A DNA stretch of 58,165 nucleotides from Trichoplax sp. H2 (Eukaryota). Every line of letters starts with the position of its first letter. Within the stretch, counting starts at the first letter, position 1. This document shows positions 38,301 to 49,839 of the stretch, in pieces. Position numbers and translations under genes: made by a program. The notes under the pieces were generated by a model that had not been told where the DNA came from, made no database searches, and saw only the letters and a program-made list of their open reading frames with translations. The stretch lies in contig NOWV01000303.1 of assembly GCA_003344405.1 (NCBI GenBank), forward strand, positions 1 to 58,165, given 5' to 3'.

Positions 38301-41300
38301 TATAGCAGCTGGCTAAAATGCATATTATTAAGCTTAGCTCAGGGCCGATAAGCTTTGACTAGGATCGCCTGGTGAAGACAGGGACTACTAAAAGAAGAAA
38401 GAAACGGGACTCCCAACGGCTGTTGACTATACTAAAAATTAGCTGCTAGGTTGGTTTTGTGCAGTATGGTATACGTTTTCATTCGTATCGTATAGTAGAA
38501 TGGCCGGAAAAATGATAAGCCTCATCATTATTTGCACTGACGGCCGCTGACAGTCTCGTTTCTTTCTTATTTTGTAGTCCTTGGTGAAGACTTTCCTTAC
38601 ACGACATGGATATCATTGCTATGATCAAATTTATATACCAGTAATACCTTTGTGTACTTTATAATATAAAAATAAGCTATACAGTAATCTACTAAAATTT
38701 GTTCAAGATTTGCTAATGTTGAATCTTGACCATTTAAAGTTGATATTAACGCAATGAAATCCGCCGTAATTAAATCCAAAACTGCTTTTAAATTGCAGTA
38801 TGGAATTATCACTTCCAAAGTTACTTTTAAATTGTAATATTAAAGTATTACAACTAAAATTACTTTTTACAAGGTTAAATTGCATATTAAAGTATAATAT
38901 TCAAGACTGCTTTTAAATTATAATATTGAAGTATTACAACCAAAATTAACTTGTATTATATTCGTTATGCGACAAGCTATTTATAAAAGGCCTTCAATCT
39001 GTATAATCTGTTACTCTATCAAACACTGCTGTAAAGTCACACAATCCGGCTGACGACTAGAAATATACGCATAAATTTATAATTCAAATTATTGAAGTAA
39101 GATCTAACTTACTTTGATTACAAAGTCTGCCATAGTATCCTGGATTGCAAAGGCAGCCATAACCGTTAATATGCTCGATACATTGACCATTTTGACAAGG
39201 ATTTGGTTTGCAATGATTCACTGATTTTAGTTTCAGGAAGACATTGATATTTAGTTCTATTCGTATTTATACGTTACGAGTAATTAAAGCATTTCTAGTT
39301 CAGATTGGAATACGTTAACTCTTAATTTCGGTAGGCATTATATCCTAGTCGCTGCTAATGTTAATGCATTAACCAGGTAAATAGCGATTAAAATGGTGAT
39401 TAACTGTTAAATTAGATAGAGTGACTGTAAACATGAAATAACGCCATAGTCTACACTGGAAAATGTCCGTGTTAATTTTGTTCGTCGATAAGTAATATCG
39501 CAACTGTATTAGTTACATTATGTTCTATCTGCGAGCAGATAGCTACTGTATACTCCAACTATAATCATAGGAGAATCTATCAATTTTAAGAATCTGCCCA
39601 TATTGCCAATCGAACTGTCTAGTATCTGGATTAGAGTACTAATCTGTTACTGGATAGCCATCGCAGTATAAGTTATTGACTAGATTCGACGTATACTATT
39701 TTGATGGTGATACATACTGTTGTTGTGTAGTAGGACTTTTTTGAAAACTTATATATAACATACTATTTATAGATATCATAACGATCCGACTATTAACTTA
39801 GAAAGTGCAACTACAAATCTCTAAAACTTCAGTAAATTGACTACTGGTAAATAGAATTTCTTATGATATATTAAAAATATACAAAAGAAGACCAACATAC
39901 CGTACTGACAGTATCCTCCGTAAAATCCTTCTCTGCATTTGCATTTGTAGGTATTTTTATTGACGACGCAAAGCCCGTTTTTGCACTTATTATTGGAGCA
40001 GCGATCTAAGGCACAAATAAGACATTGAAGATGTGGGTCTTTTGTGATTATTTAAATTTTCTAAATTAAATTCGAGAGATATCTTGCTGCTATTAGAAAT
40101 CTAAAGGAGATAATTAATCTACCTAGTTGACAGTATTTGCCATGATATCCATCTTGGCAGCTGCATGTATATCCATATTTGTTGGAGACACAAATTCCAT
40201 TTACACACCGGTTATTAGAGCAATAATCTAAAAACATCATAACGAAATGGAAATCCATTTAGGGCTTGTTTGATTATTATGAATTAAATCACTACAAATC
40301 TTAGTTACATATACGAGCATAATCTATGGATGATCCTCAACACACCGATACTAAATTGGCAGTATTCGCCATTATATCCATTCTCGCATTTACATGTATA
40401 ACCATTTTTTTTGGTAAGGCAATGTCCATTTTTGCACTGATTGTTGGAGCAATGATCTAAATTGTTAATAAAAAATTTCAGATAGCTTTAGAAATTATTT
40501 GAATATTTTAAATTGAATAATAGGGAGCTCTTCGTGTTTAGAAAAATCTATAGGAGATAGTTAAAATACCTAATTGACAATATTTGCCATGATATCCTTC
40601 TTTGCAATCACATTGGTAACCATTATCATTTGCAGTGCAGCGTCCATGCATACACTTGTTATTTAAGCAATGATCTATAGCTTGAATAATTTCAGAATAA
40701 AGCATTTGAAATATCTTTAGATATTATCGCTTTAAGTTGAGTTAAATTTAGTTTTTTTGATAGCTAAAATCTATCAACAAAAGTCATCGAATCAGGCTGG
40801 CATAGGATGATCATTGCATACAGATTATGCCCATTTTGACTTTCAATTGTTCGCATTAAATCTTACCTCCTTCTATTTTACTGCAATAGTCTAAGTAACA
40901 AGCCGATAGTTGATCCAGTTTGTACGAAACAGTACTAGAACAGCTTCGAATTCTAGTCGATACCGCAAATGAACATTCCTCTAGCCCAAAATGGAAGCAA
41001 ATTCTTCCTATCTTATGATTGGGATTGCCTTCATATTAATTAATTTAAACATATCGTACAATTAAATCATCTGATATCCTATTAAAGTATATATCTGTTA
41101 AAATATAAGGCTTTATTAGTATTGTTGCTTAACCAATGCAAGAAAGAGAAGTTTAGCTTAATTCTATCACATTTTCGTTACTTGCTCGAAACATTAATAC
41201 TGCTGTATTAGAAATTGCTATTGATTGCAATAGATTATCTAGCTATTTCTAAAATTTCAAATTGATTGGTCCTGCATAACTTTTATAATCCATAATGTAT

Positions 41301-44300
41301 TTCTGTCATTTAAATTTCTATTAACTATGCTAATCTGGGGCATTTACGATGACCCACCGTATTACGGTAATTTAAAGTTCTAACATTAGCCTCTATAAAT
41401 AAATAGCTTACTATCGTGTGTAATGTTAATCCATTTGGCAATGACTGTACAATTTGGCTGACGATTGCTTTGATACCAGCGGATTGGATTTTGATTTGCG
41501 TTAGAAACAGATTGACAATGCTGTTGCATTTTACTCAATCTAAAAAAATTAGGTTTTGTTGTCAAGGAATTTCTAAACTTGATTCCATTGGTGGCACATG
41601 GATCTGTCAATCATAATTATTGGTAAGACATTTAAAGTCAGTATTACAGGATTTCAATTATTAGGATCCATTTGAAAGAATAAATATTGCAAACGCATAG
41701 CACATCTTGTAGCAAAATAAATAAAACTGGAGACAAATCGTTGGCTTTCCAATTGGTGTCAATGCTAATTATTTTGCTCTTCCTACTTGAACATGTATGG
41801 TTATTAATATCAAGCTCCTGTCCAACTGGACAACTACAATAATAGCCATGAAGGATGTTGTGGCACTTATATTGACATCCACCTTTGTTATGCCAGCATT
41901 CGTTAATGTCTAATTTAAGATGAGATAATTTGTTGAGTTATAGTACAATCAAACGAAATAGACGGGCGCAAAGGAGTTTTCAGTAACAGTTTGACTGAAA
42001 ATTAAATTTAAATTCATAGCCTGTCGTTCCCTTTATCATGCAAATTATTTTACCTGCATTACATCGTTTTCCAGTTATTCCTGGTAAACATTTACATGTA
42101 TATCCATTTATGCCTTCGATACAGCTTCCTTTAATGCATGGATTAGAAGCGCATTCCTTAATGTCTAAAAAAATGGATAGAATTTTTAGATTCATAATTA
42201 AAAATTTCTCTAGCCAAATTACAGCAGGTTCATGAAAGTAAATATTTTTTTCTGTCACTTTTAATTGATGTTCTTACTATTATCTACTGAAATACATTCG
42301 ACTCATTATTAACTAACACCTTGTTCCAAGTGAGCATTCAGCTGAATGATATCAAAAGTTATTTTATAGAACTTAGTAATCAGTAATGAAGTTTTTACCA
42401 TGTTCGCAGTGAGTTCCCTGAAATCCTGCTTCACAATTACAGCGAAATCCGGCTATAGTAGATCGGCAACTACCACTTATGCAAGGATTAGGTTCACAAT
42501 AGTCTATAAATATACCGTATTGCAAAGATTATTTACCAACAGCGTTATTATATGTTTGGCATAACGTACAGCATGACTTTTAATAATAGATCTCTACGAC
42601 TTTAAATTCGAAAAATATGAGTAAAATCATTAAATATGAACTTTGTACTCAAACGAGTACAAATACAGTACATACTAAATTGCTTAATTTGTGCAACTTT
42701 AAAAATTATGCTAACATACTAATTGGCATCTAAGACAGCAACTGATAGTGTACCTTACAGAAATCTTACCTTAACGCAAAATTTTAAGATAGTCCTCTAA
42801 AATACTACAAGAAATCGATGCCTTAGACTGAACAGAAGTACGTATAGACAAGAGATGCTTACCATATCGATCTGAACAGTAACGAAGATGACATGTCGGT
42901 GGTACAGGTAAATGATAAACATAATAGCTACCACAATTTTTGATATGTATTGTATTTTTCCAGCGACAAGAATTGGAATACCATGTAAAACAAATCGTAC
43001 CATTCACAATGCCTTGATGAACTGGTAAAATTAATACGAGGGAATTAATTTCATCAATTTTTATCCTTTTAAAATAAGTGAGAACCTACTTACATAGCTA
43101 TCAACTGTATGGAACTGAAAACACTATCTCAAATTCTAATCAAAACTCAAAGCAATAGTTGTAATGTTTATTTTACAATGAAATAAAATAAAAAAAAGAG
43201 ATACATTAATACTAAATCAGCATTAGCAAAGTATCTAGAACTGATATTTGTAAAACAAATGCTTTATTTCAGATAAGGAATACCGTTTGTAAATTTAAGT
43301 TAGTACGGTATAGTATATAACCCACGCATGAACATTATATATATATACCCGATGTAGTTAACTCAAAGTCTATTTATGATTTACTTAACCTGTATAAATA
43401 ATCTATTCGAAATTTTTACCTGTAGGATGAGTTGTTGAAAGCCATCCAGGTGAGAGAGTTCCACAATGTGACATGCTAACCTTAGTAGAAGTCATCATTT
43501 GACTATATTTGCCTCCATTAAATCGATACCAGGTTGACTGATTTTGTTTTAATATTTCACGATCACAACTGAAACCACGACGTAAATTTTTAACACTTCT
43601 TGTATTATCCTTGATATTCGTGTAGAATATGCATGGATCTAAAATCCAGGTATAAGAAACAAATTCGAAATTGAATTCCTTAATTTTTTTCGCAATAAAA
43701 TAATTTGTAAAAAGACTAGAAATATTACCTACACACGTTAGACCATCCGACAGCAATACTCGTCCTCCCTCACATAAGCAACGGTAGCTGCCATTTGTGT
43801 TAATACATTTGTCTGCACATTTTGAAATTTTAAGCTTGCATTCATTGATATCTAGAAAAGAATTATGACAGCAACAACATTTCGAATAAAGATATTGACA
43901 ATCTTCATTGCGGATAGTATCATTTAATAAAAACTATAACTAAAGAACACGTATACGAAATCTTATTTTCCATGTATATTGCCACATACCCTGGTCACAA
44001 TTATTTCCGGTGTAGCCTTTCCTGCATAAACATTGATAGGTGAAATCACGGGCTTGACAAAATCCATGGCGACATGGATTACTTTGGCATGGGCTAATCG
44101 CTTTATAGTTTGTTAATGAAGCAATATGTCAGTCTTTCTGTTGTTACGAATTTACTCAATAGTAACTATATAATACATTAATTAACCAGTACTATGAAAG
44201 TTCATTACGGCATCAATTTAACTAATATCAAAGAGCGTAAAACGCTATTATCTTACGATATTGGCAATTTTGACCAGTATAGCCTACTATACAGGTACAA

Positions 44301-45024
44301 GCATATCCTAAGCTAGTTTGAGTACAGGTACCATGATGACCGCAAGGCTTAGAATCGCAATAGTCTAGCAGTAGGTATTAGAAGCATATTAATATTATCC
44401 TACAATGTTTTGCATGTGCTACTAATGGCAGTATAGGAAATTATTACGTAAAATTGTTGAAGAACTGAAAATACTATGAATAGATATCATACGATAATTA
44501 TCAAGGTCCTACAAAAGGAACCGAAGTAAGACTTTTATTGGCAATCATCATTTCAATAAATATTTAATGGAAGCAGTACCTGATGCCTTAGATGATATTG
44601 GCAGTAAAGCTATAATCTAAGAGAAGGACGCATTAGTATTAGAGACTCATAATACTGGCATTAAATATCAAGAAACGCATTTAATGTATCACGCTAATGT
44701 CTTTAATGTCTCTGCTTAAGAAAAAAATGTTTAATCCCGAGGGTATAGAGCGTTTGAGGGGATATCATAGTACCGGTCATTTTTGCCAATAATATTTAAA
44801 TGAAGCCGATATTTGACACAGTAATACATATTAGCAAATTTGTAGAAGTACTATTAGATTTACTGCTAAACATACACTCCATATTATTACTAAAGTTGAT
44901 CTACTCTCTCTCCAACATCAGAATTGAGTATTAACTTAGTGTATAATGAGTGGCAATTTTTTCAGAGATATTTTCAGAGTTTTATCTTTCTTACCATCAG
45001 AAATTGGAGTTTATTGATCAGCAT
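32368..45024 (-). CDS. Gene C (complete, 27 exons, about 1027 aa): secreted EGF (20) / D8C (2) protein with Cys/Trp-rich C-terminal tail
   Basis: Exons: 44995-45024 ([10 protein letters not shown]), 44580-44616 ([12 protein letters not shown]); EGF 44257-44364, 43990-44100, 43729-43851; D8C 43420-43638 + 42863-43021; EGF 42399-42503, 42054-42164, 41787-41909; divergent D8C 41412-41603 + 40867-41028; EGF 40570-40674, 40346-40456, 40123-40227, 39901-40005, 39113-39220, 38092-38196, 37883-37993, 37454-37564, 35843-35953, 35266-35376, 34512-34622, 33949-34062, 33491-33595, 32741-32848; terminal 32368-32450 ([26 protein letters not shown]). Summed length 3084 nt, in frame. Confidence 0.88.
36150..36835. 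repeat. Intronic tandem duplication, about 300-bp unit, period about 385 bp
   Basis: TATGCTTAGCCTTATAGTTGACGAC...TAGAAATTGACATAAAATTAAAAATAT (about 36154-36450) recurs as TATGCTTAGTCTTATAGCTGATGAC...TAGAAATTGACTCAAAATTGAAAATAT (about 36541-36835). Confidence 0.8.
36950..37185. repeat. Intronic tandem duplication, about 120-bp unit x2
   Basis: ACTCATC...TTGGTTA...CCAAGACTA.TAAA.TATTAATAAT...TGACT.T.ATCTTAA.AGG occurs twice. Confidence 0.75.
38380..38582. mobile_element. Foldback MITE with 9-bp TSD (MULE-like) in an intron of gene C
   Basis: Left end AGGGACTACTAAAAGAAGAAAGAAACGGGACTCCCAACGGCTGT pairs with the reverse complement of the right end, AAGGACTACAAAATAAGAAAGAAACGAGACTGTCAGCGGCCGT; flanked by GGTGAAGAC at 38371-38379 and 38583-38591; no coding capacity. 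Confidence 0.82.
38778..38950. repeat. Degenerate about 39-bp minisatellite x4
   Basis: Unit like AAA.TTACTTTTAAATTGTAATATTAAAGTATTACAAC; produces the spurious repetitive ORF 38703-38885. Confidence 0.75.
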
Positions 45025-46955
45025 ATCAGCATACTACATGCAGCAGCGGTTAATTTGGCAACAATTGAGACTGTGAAACCACGTATTTAATTTCGCATAT
45101 AAAAATTGTACTTGGGGCTCTAATACGAGTCTGTAGATAATGCACTGTGATCGATCACAACGGGCAATTCAAAAAATATCTTCACGTCACTATAGTTGAA
45201 CAGTATAATATACTTTACAGTTACTGCAAAAGAGACAAATTAGTTATTTTATAGATAACATAAACATAACTTTTAGCTCATTGCATCACAATATTATCAG
45301 ATCAGTAATACGTTACGGACTGCAACGATCACAAAAGATTAATTGCATACATGAGGCCGTTGAAGCTGATCCACACGGCTAATACTTTGTGCATTGCTTG
45401 GATAGTTTTTATTTACTTAGTCTTAAATCTTACCCGGTTTATTATAATACCTTACAATTTTATTTACATGAGCATTTGATGGGCGGAGATGATAAGAAGC
45501 AAATACTTTAAACGTAAGCATCAATAATATTTAGAAAATTCTCCTAATATTTATCGCGATGTCTTGTAATTTATTTTTAGTCCCAATGGGCAATCTTGAT
45601 CTTTTCCCGCCCTTTATTAGAAGAATTTATCAGGGTAAACTGATTGGATTAATTTTTTGTGGCCTTTTAATAAATGCTTTAATGGATTTCTTTAAGGTAT
45701 CCGAAAATAAAATTTACCATCTCGGTAATAATTATAATCTTATTTTTGTATTCAGTATTTTTTAAAAGTAAAATATAAATCTTTGAGAATTTCTGACTAA
45801 GGATCAAAATAAAGGGTCATAAATAGAGCAAATTGAAGGATATATCAATCCTAGCCAAACGATATTTTTAAATTCTAAGTTTAATATTGACCATTACGAT
45901 TCTGTTGGTTAAAAATATGAGTAATCGTAAAGCGGCCAGTTTTGTCATCTTGACTACTCTATAACCGCCGATGCCGGATTTCAAGATTAAGAATATTTCA
46001 CAGCTATAGATTTGTATAGAATTTTTAGTCATAATCAACTAGCAAGGTAAAATAGGAATTCTCAAACTTTGTACCGATAAGTTTATTTTGATATAGATCA
46101 TGCTAAGGAAATTTATAAAAATTACAAATTTTAAACTTAATACTACTTTGTAGCCAATCTTTTAGCAAATACAGCAATGGAAATTATTAAGCAGGTTATG
46201 AAAATATGGATAATTAATGCATTCGGAAGATTGTAAATGGTGAGATATTATTATAGCAGCATGTTAAGTTAAAAGTAGCGTTTTAAAACCGAGAGTAGAA
46301 ATCATTCATCGCCTTCAATTACAATTTTACAATATTTTAAATTTAGTAAACTTTATCAATTTTACGGAGCCTGTCATCATCGTAAATTCAATCCTATTAA
46401 TAGAATTAGCTAATATCTCCCATATGTTAAAAGTTATCGGAAACAATACTAATAACTTTTATAAATTAGTGTCAAGTATGATGGAAATACGATCTAAAAA
46501 CTAGATTTCAATTGAAAGATAGTGTTAAAAACAACGATCTGCGTAGTTAATGATATTGGTGAATGATTTAGTTTGTCAAAGTATCAGGTATATAACGGAA
46601 TAGATCAAGTTAATATTACAGCTGTAGCACATCTAGACTTTCACCAAGATAAACCATAGCAGTTCTATGCAGTTTTCTCGTTAGAAGCAGTGCACAATTC
46701 AGTATATAACATATCCATATCATCTATATAGTACTACATACAACAAGAAATGTATGTTGCATGTTTTACACGGTAAATCAGTGTTATGTAAACAAGAACA
46801 ACAACTACGATAATCTTCATTTGCTTATTTTTTGCAATTCATATAATATTCTTTGGTTATTAATAGAAATTTTGAATTTAGATTCAATACTAGCCACTAT
46901 TACGCAGTCTACCGTTTCTTACTTTGGCTACTTCACCTATAGTATAACAGAAGCA

Positions 46956-47024
46956 AAAGAGCTAAACTTAAGAGTTATTCCTTAAGAGTTCAACCATAAG
47001 AGTTAAGCCTTAAGAGCTATTCCT
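46956..47024. repeat. 14-bp tandem repeat (TAAGAGTTATTCCT-like) x5
   Basis: TAAGAGTTATTCCT, TAAGAGTTCAACCA, TAAGAGTTAAGCCT, TAAGAGCTATTCCT and one looser upstream copy. Confidence 0.8.
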
Positions 47025-47509
47025 ATTTCTATCCGTCGTAATTGGTTGAAATTAACATCATGCTTTACTACGTCATTATTCTGCTATATCTATTTAAATG
47101 CAATGTAAAAGTACCATTTTAGTATGAATAAATTAATAAAAATATCAGGTACTTATTATTAGATATCTTCAAGCAGCTAATTTTATGTCGCTATGGCTAA
47201 TTTTATCTACTCTCTATAGATAAAAACATCATAGTGAATGCAGCAATAGTTGCGCGTGTATTTCTCTGAATTTTTCACTGTCAAATAAGCGTAACTATTA
47301 AATCTTAATATGAGATGATCTTATTATGCGTAACTGTGTGAAATTCATAAAACTTATTTTATTGTCAATATAAGTACTGTAGGTATATAATACATCAACT
47401 ATCTTCGTGTGGCTAGCTGTCCCTTGCCTAGTTTAACTTATTTATTTTACAATGGATAAAAGTGCAATGAAGCAGTTTGTTATTAAGTGTAGATATTGCA
47501 TACGCTGCA

Positions 47510-48465
47510 ACATCTGCCTAATTATAATTTTCTTACATCAGTACCATCTCAAAACATGCGTGATAGTGCCGCTGTTATCGTAGTATTATCAAAAATTAAC
47601 CAATACTTGGTATCGATTTTCTGCTGGAAATGTAAGCCAACAGATAGAAATTAAATGCATCAAGGGTATAGAAAGTGCTCTACGTTAGAAATTAGGTGGA
47701 TGCGAGACTGTCATTCCAACGGTATCGACATGCAAACGTTACTTCTTAATAAAAGCAAAAGCCGTAATTATTTTTAAAGCTCTCAAAAAGTAATTAAATT
47801 ATGTTAAGCTTGCCTCTATTTATGAATGTGAAGGACATTGACCTTATTTTAATGCTCTTTTATATATGTTCTGTAGTGTATTTAGAATATACTGTAACTA
47901 TATTCTACTCTTAAATATAGACATGTTGTATTGCTCTTATATTTAGACAGATCTACAGTCCTCTTACTCTACATTCATATATAGACTACTGTATTTAGTT
48001 ATTACGGTACTCGCTGTTTTCTACAATCATCTGCTATTTTGTAACCCCACAATCCTATTCTCTGCATGTGCTCTATCTTTAAAACTATAAATACCGGCGA
48101 TTTCTACCTCAGAGTTCATTAGCCTCTCAGTTAGTCTTCTAGTTAGTCTCTCACAGTCTAATACTTCTACTCGTTACTCACGACAGCTTGCACGCTGATC
48201 TACCGTAACTACCTCACTGTACTTCACATTACTAACCTACAATAAAGCATAACTTTTATAAACCCTTTGTTGTAATAATTGTAAATGGCGACTAAATCTC
48301 AATCCTCTGAGATATCGAACCCTCCATCACATGTTCCATAACTAAAATATATTCTTCTTGGTATCTACACCCTGCTAGTATCCGATCTTGTGGTTAATGG
48401 AATCGTTTATTTTGACCTTAATGGTCAATATTGCATTCTAAATTTTATAATGCTAGTCAACAGAT
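47510..48465 (+). pseudogene. Inverted, decayed copy of gene A's first D8C exon pair and the intervening intron
   Basis: 47607-47650 (TTGGTATCGATTTTCTGCTGGAAATGTAAGCCAACAGATAGAAA) is identical to the reverse complement of about 12791-12834. A frameshift follows CIKG. Intron similarity runs to 47871 and resumes at 48332. The second exon copy from 48379 reads VSDLVVNGIVYFDLNGQYCILNF versus [23 protein letters not shown]. Confidence 0.88.
47872..48331 (+). mobile_element. Solo LTR (460 bp)
   Basis: Starts TGTAGTG and ends CATCACA (TG...CA, imperfect inverted ends); 5-bp target duplication TGTTC at 47867-47871 and 48332-48336; TATA-like CTATAAATA near 48085 and AATAAA at 48241; interrupts otherwise colinear homology to gene A's intron. 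Confidence 0.82.
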
Positions 48466-49839
48466 TTCAATATAAAGTTTAGCACTGCCTAACGGGATAA
48501 CTTCAGTTTATTTTCATAAATAAATATATTTGGTATTACTAGATAGAATTATCTACTAATTTATTTACCATCGCAATACATGGACTAGAATAGGCCAATC
48601 TAGGCAATATTTCTTCGCAGAGAAATCATATGTTTTAGTAAAAAGCTTTCCTGTATTACCAAAAAAAGTCCTAACCGGAACTTTAATAATTAAGATGCTC
48701 ATTTGCTAAGCAAATCTCAAAATTGATCATAGCTTTATTTTGAAGGGTTCTTACTCTCGGTAAAGAATACGGCACCATCTGCACTTCAAAATGGAATAGA
48801 CTGTCGATATTTTAGCTCATGAAAATATGTTTACAGCGGATATGCTACTACGTTGTGTGTCTTGTAGAGATGAACGCATCTACAATTAGCGTCCAGGTAA
48901 GGTGGTATATAAGAAATATTTGTACTGGTAAAGTCTGTGACAAAGAATTCAGGGCGCGATTAAGAACGTACCTTGCTTCTACTGCAGCTTTTGCATATGA
49001 ATTTACTATTTATTCACATTTTTAGCTTAATTAACTTAATAGGAGTAATCAATTTTCAGACTATGCCGCTATAGAACTTCGACGGTAGAGTACTAAAGAT
49101 GATATCGATATAAACTACCGCCATCTTTGGGGTGTCGTTTCCAAAATAGAATACATACATTTCTTAGCTTCAATCTTACTATTTGCTATGATTACATATC
49201 AATAACAGCTTCATATTCGATTTGCAAACAATTACGATAATATCCTATCTTACAATTTAGAGGAGTGTCCAAATGAGTATTTTGTTTACGTTTTTAATAT
49301 TTATGACATCATCTTATTCTTCGATTATGTAGAAATAACAGTTTGTAATTATGTTTTAGCCAAAAAATACTGAAATTATATAATATCACATTTTGGCTAT
49401 CATGGAAAGACATCATAATGTATTACTTTCTATGAAACTATGCAAGGAATTACCATTCTTAAAAGTGATATCTAAGACTGCTACTTAATGCATTTTTCTT
49501 TACTGCTACATGTAATTACATAATTGTGATCGCTCAAAAATAGTTCTAGTATAAAGGATGAAATCAATAAAGGAGACTATATATCGCAATAACACTGCTG
49601 TACTATAGACTTTGGGAGCCAAAGCAATGAATAATATCAGATATTCTAATTAACTAAATTTTTTTTCTAATCTAAGCAACATTGAACTAACATGTCTACC
49701 ATAATTACTATTTTCAAGTTCATAATTTTTTTATTAACAACGTTGAAAATAACGTTGAAAATAACGAGGATGTTGACTATTTGATTAATTAACATATCCT
49801 AATATTTAATCCAGCTCCCAGCCGTCATAATGATATTGC

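Noticed and set aside
46956..47024. CRISPR-like array
   Set aside because: 14-bp period with no real spacers, eukaryotic context and no cas genes.
48286..48292. TGGCGAC as a retroelement primer-binding site
   Set aside because: It lies inside the TSD-defined LTR and no internal retroelement sequence follows.
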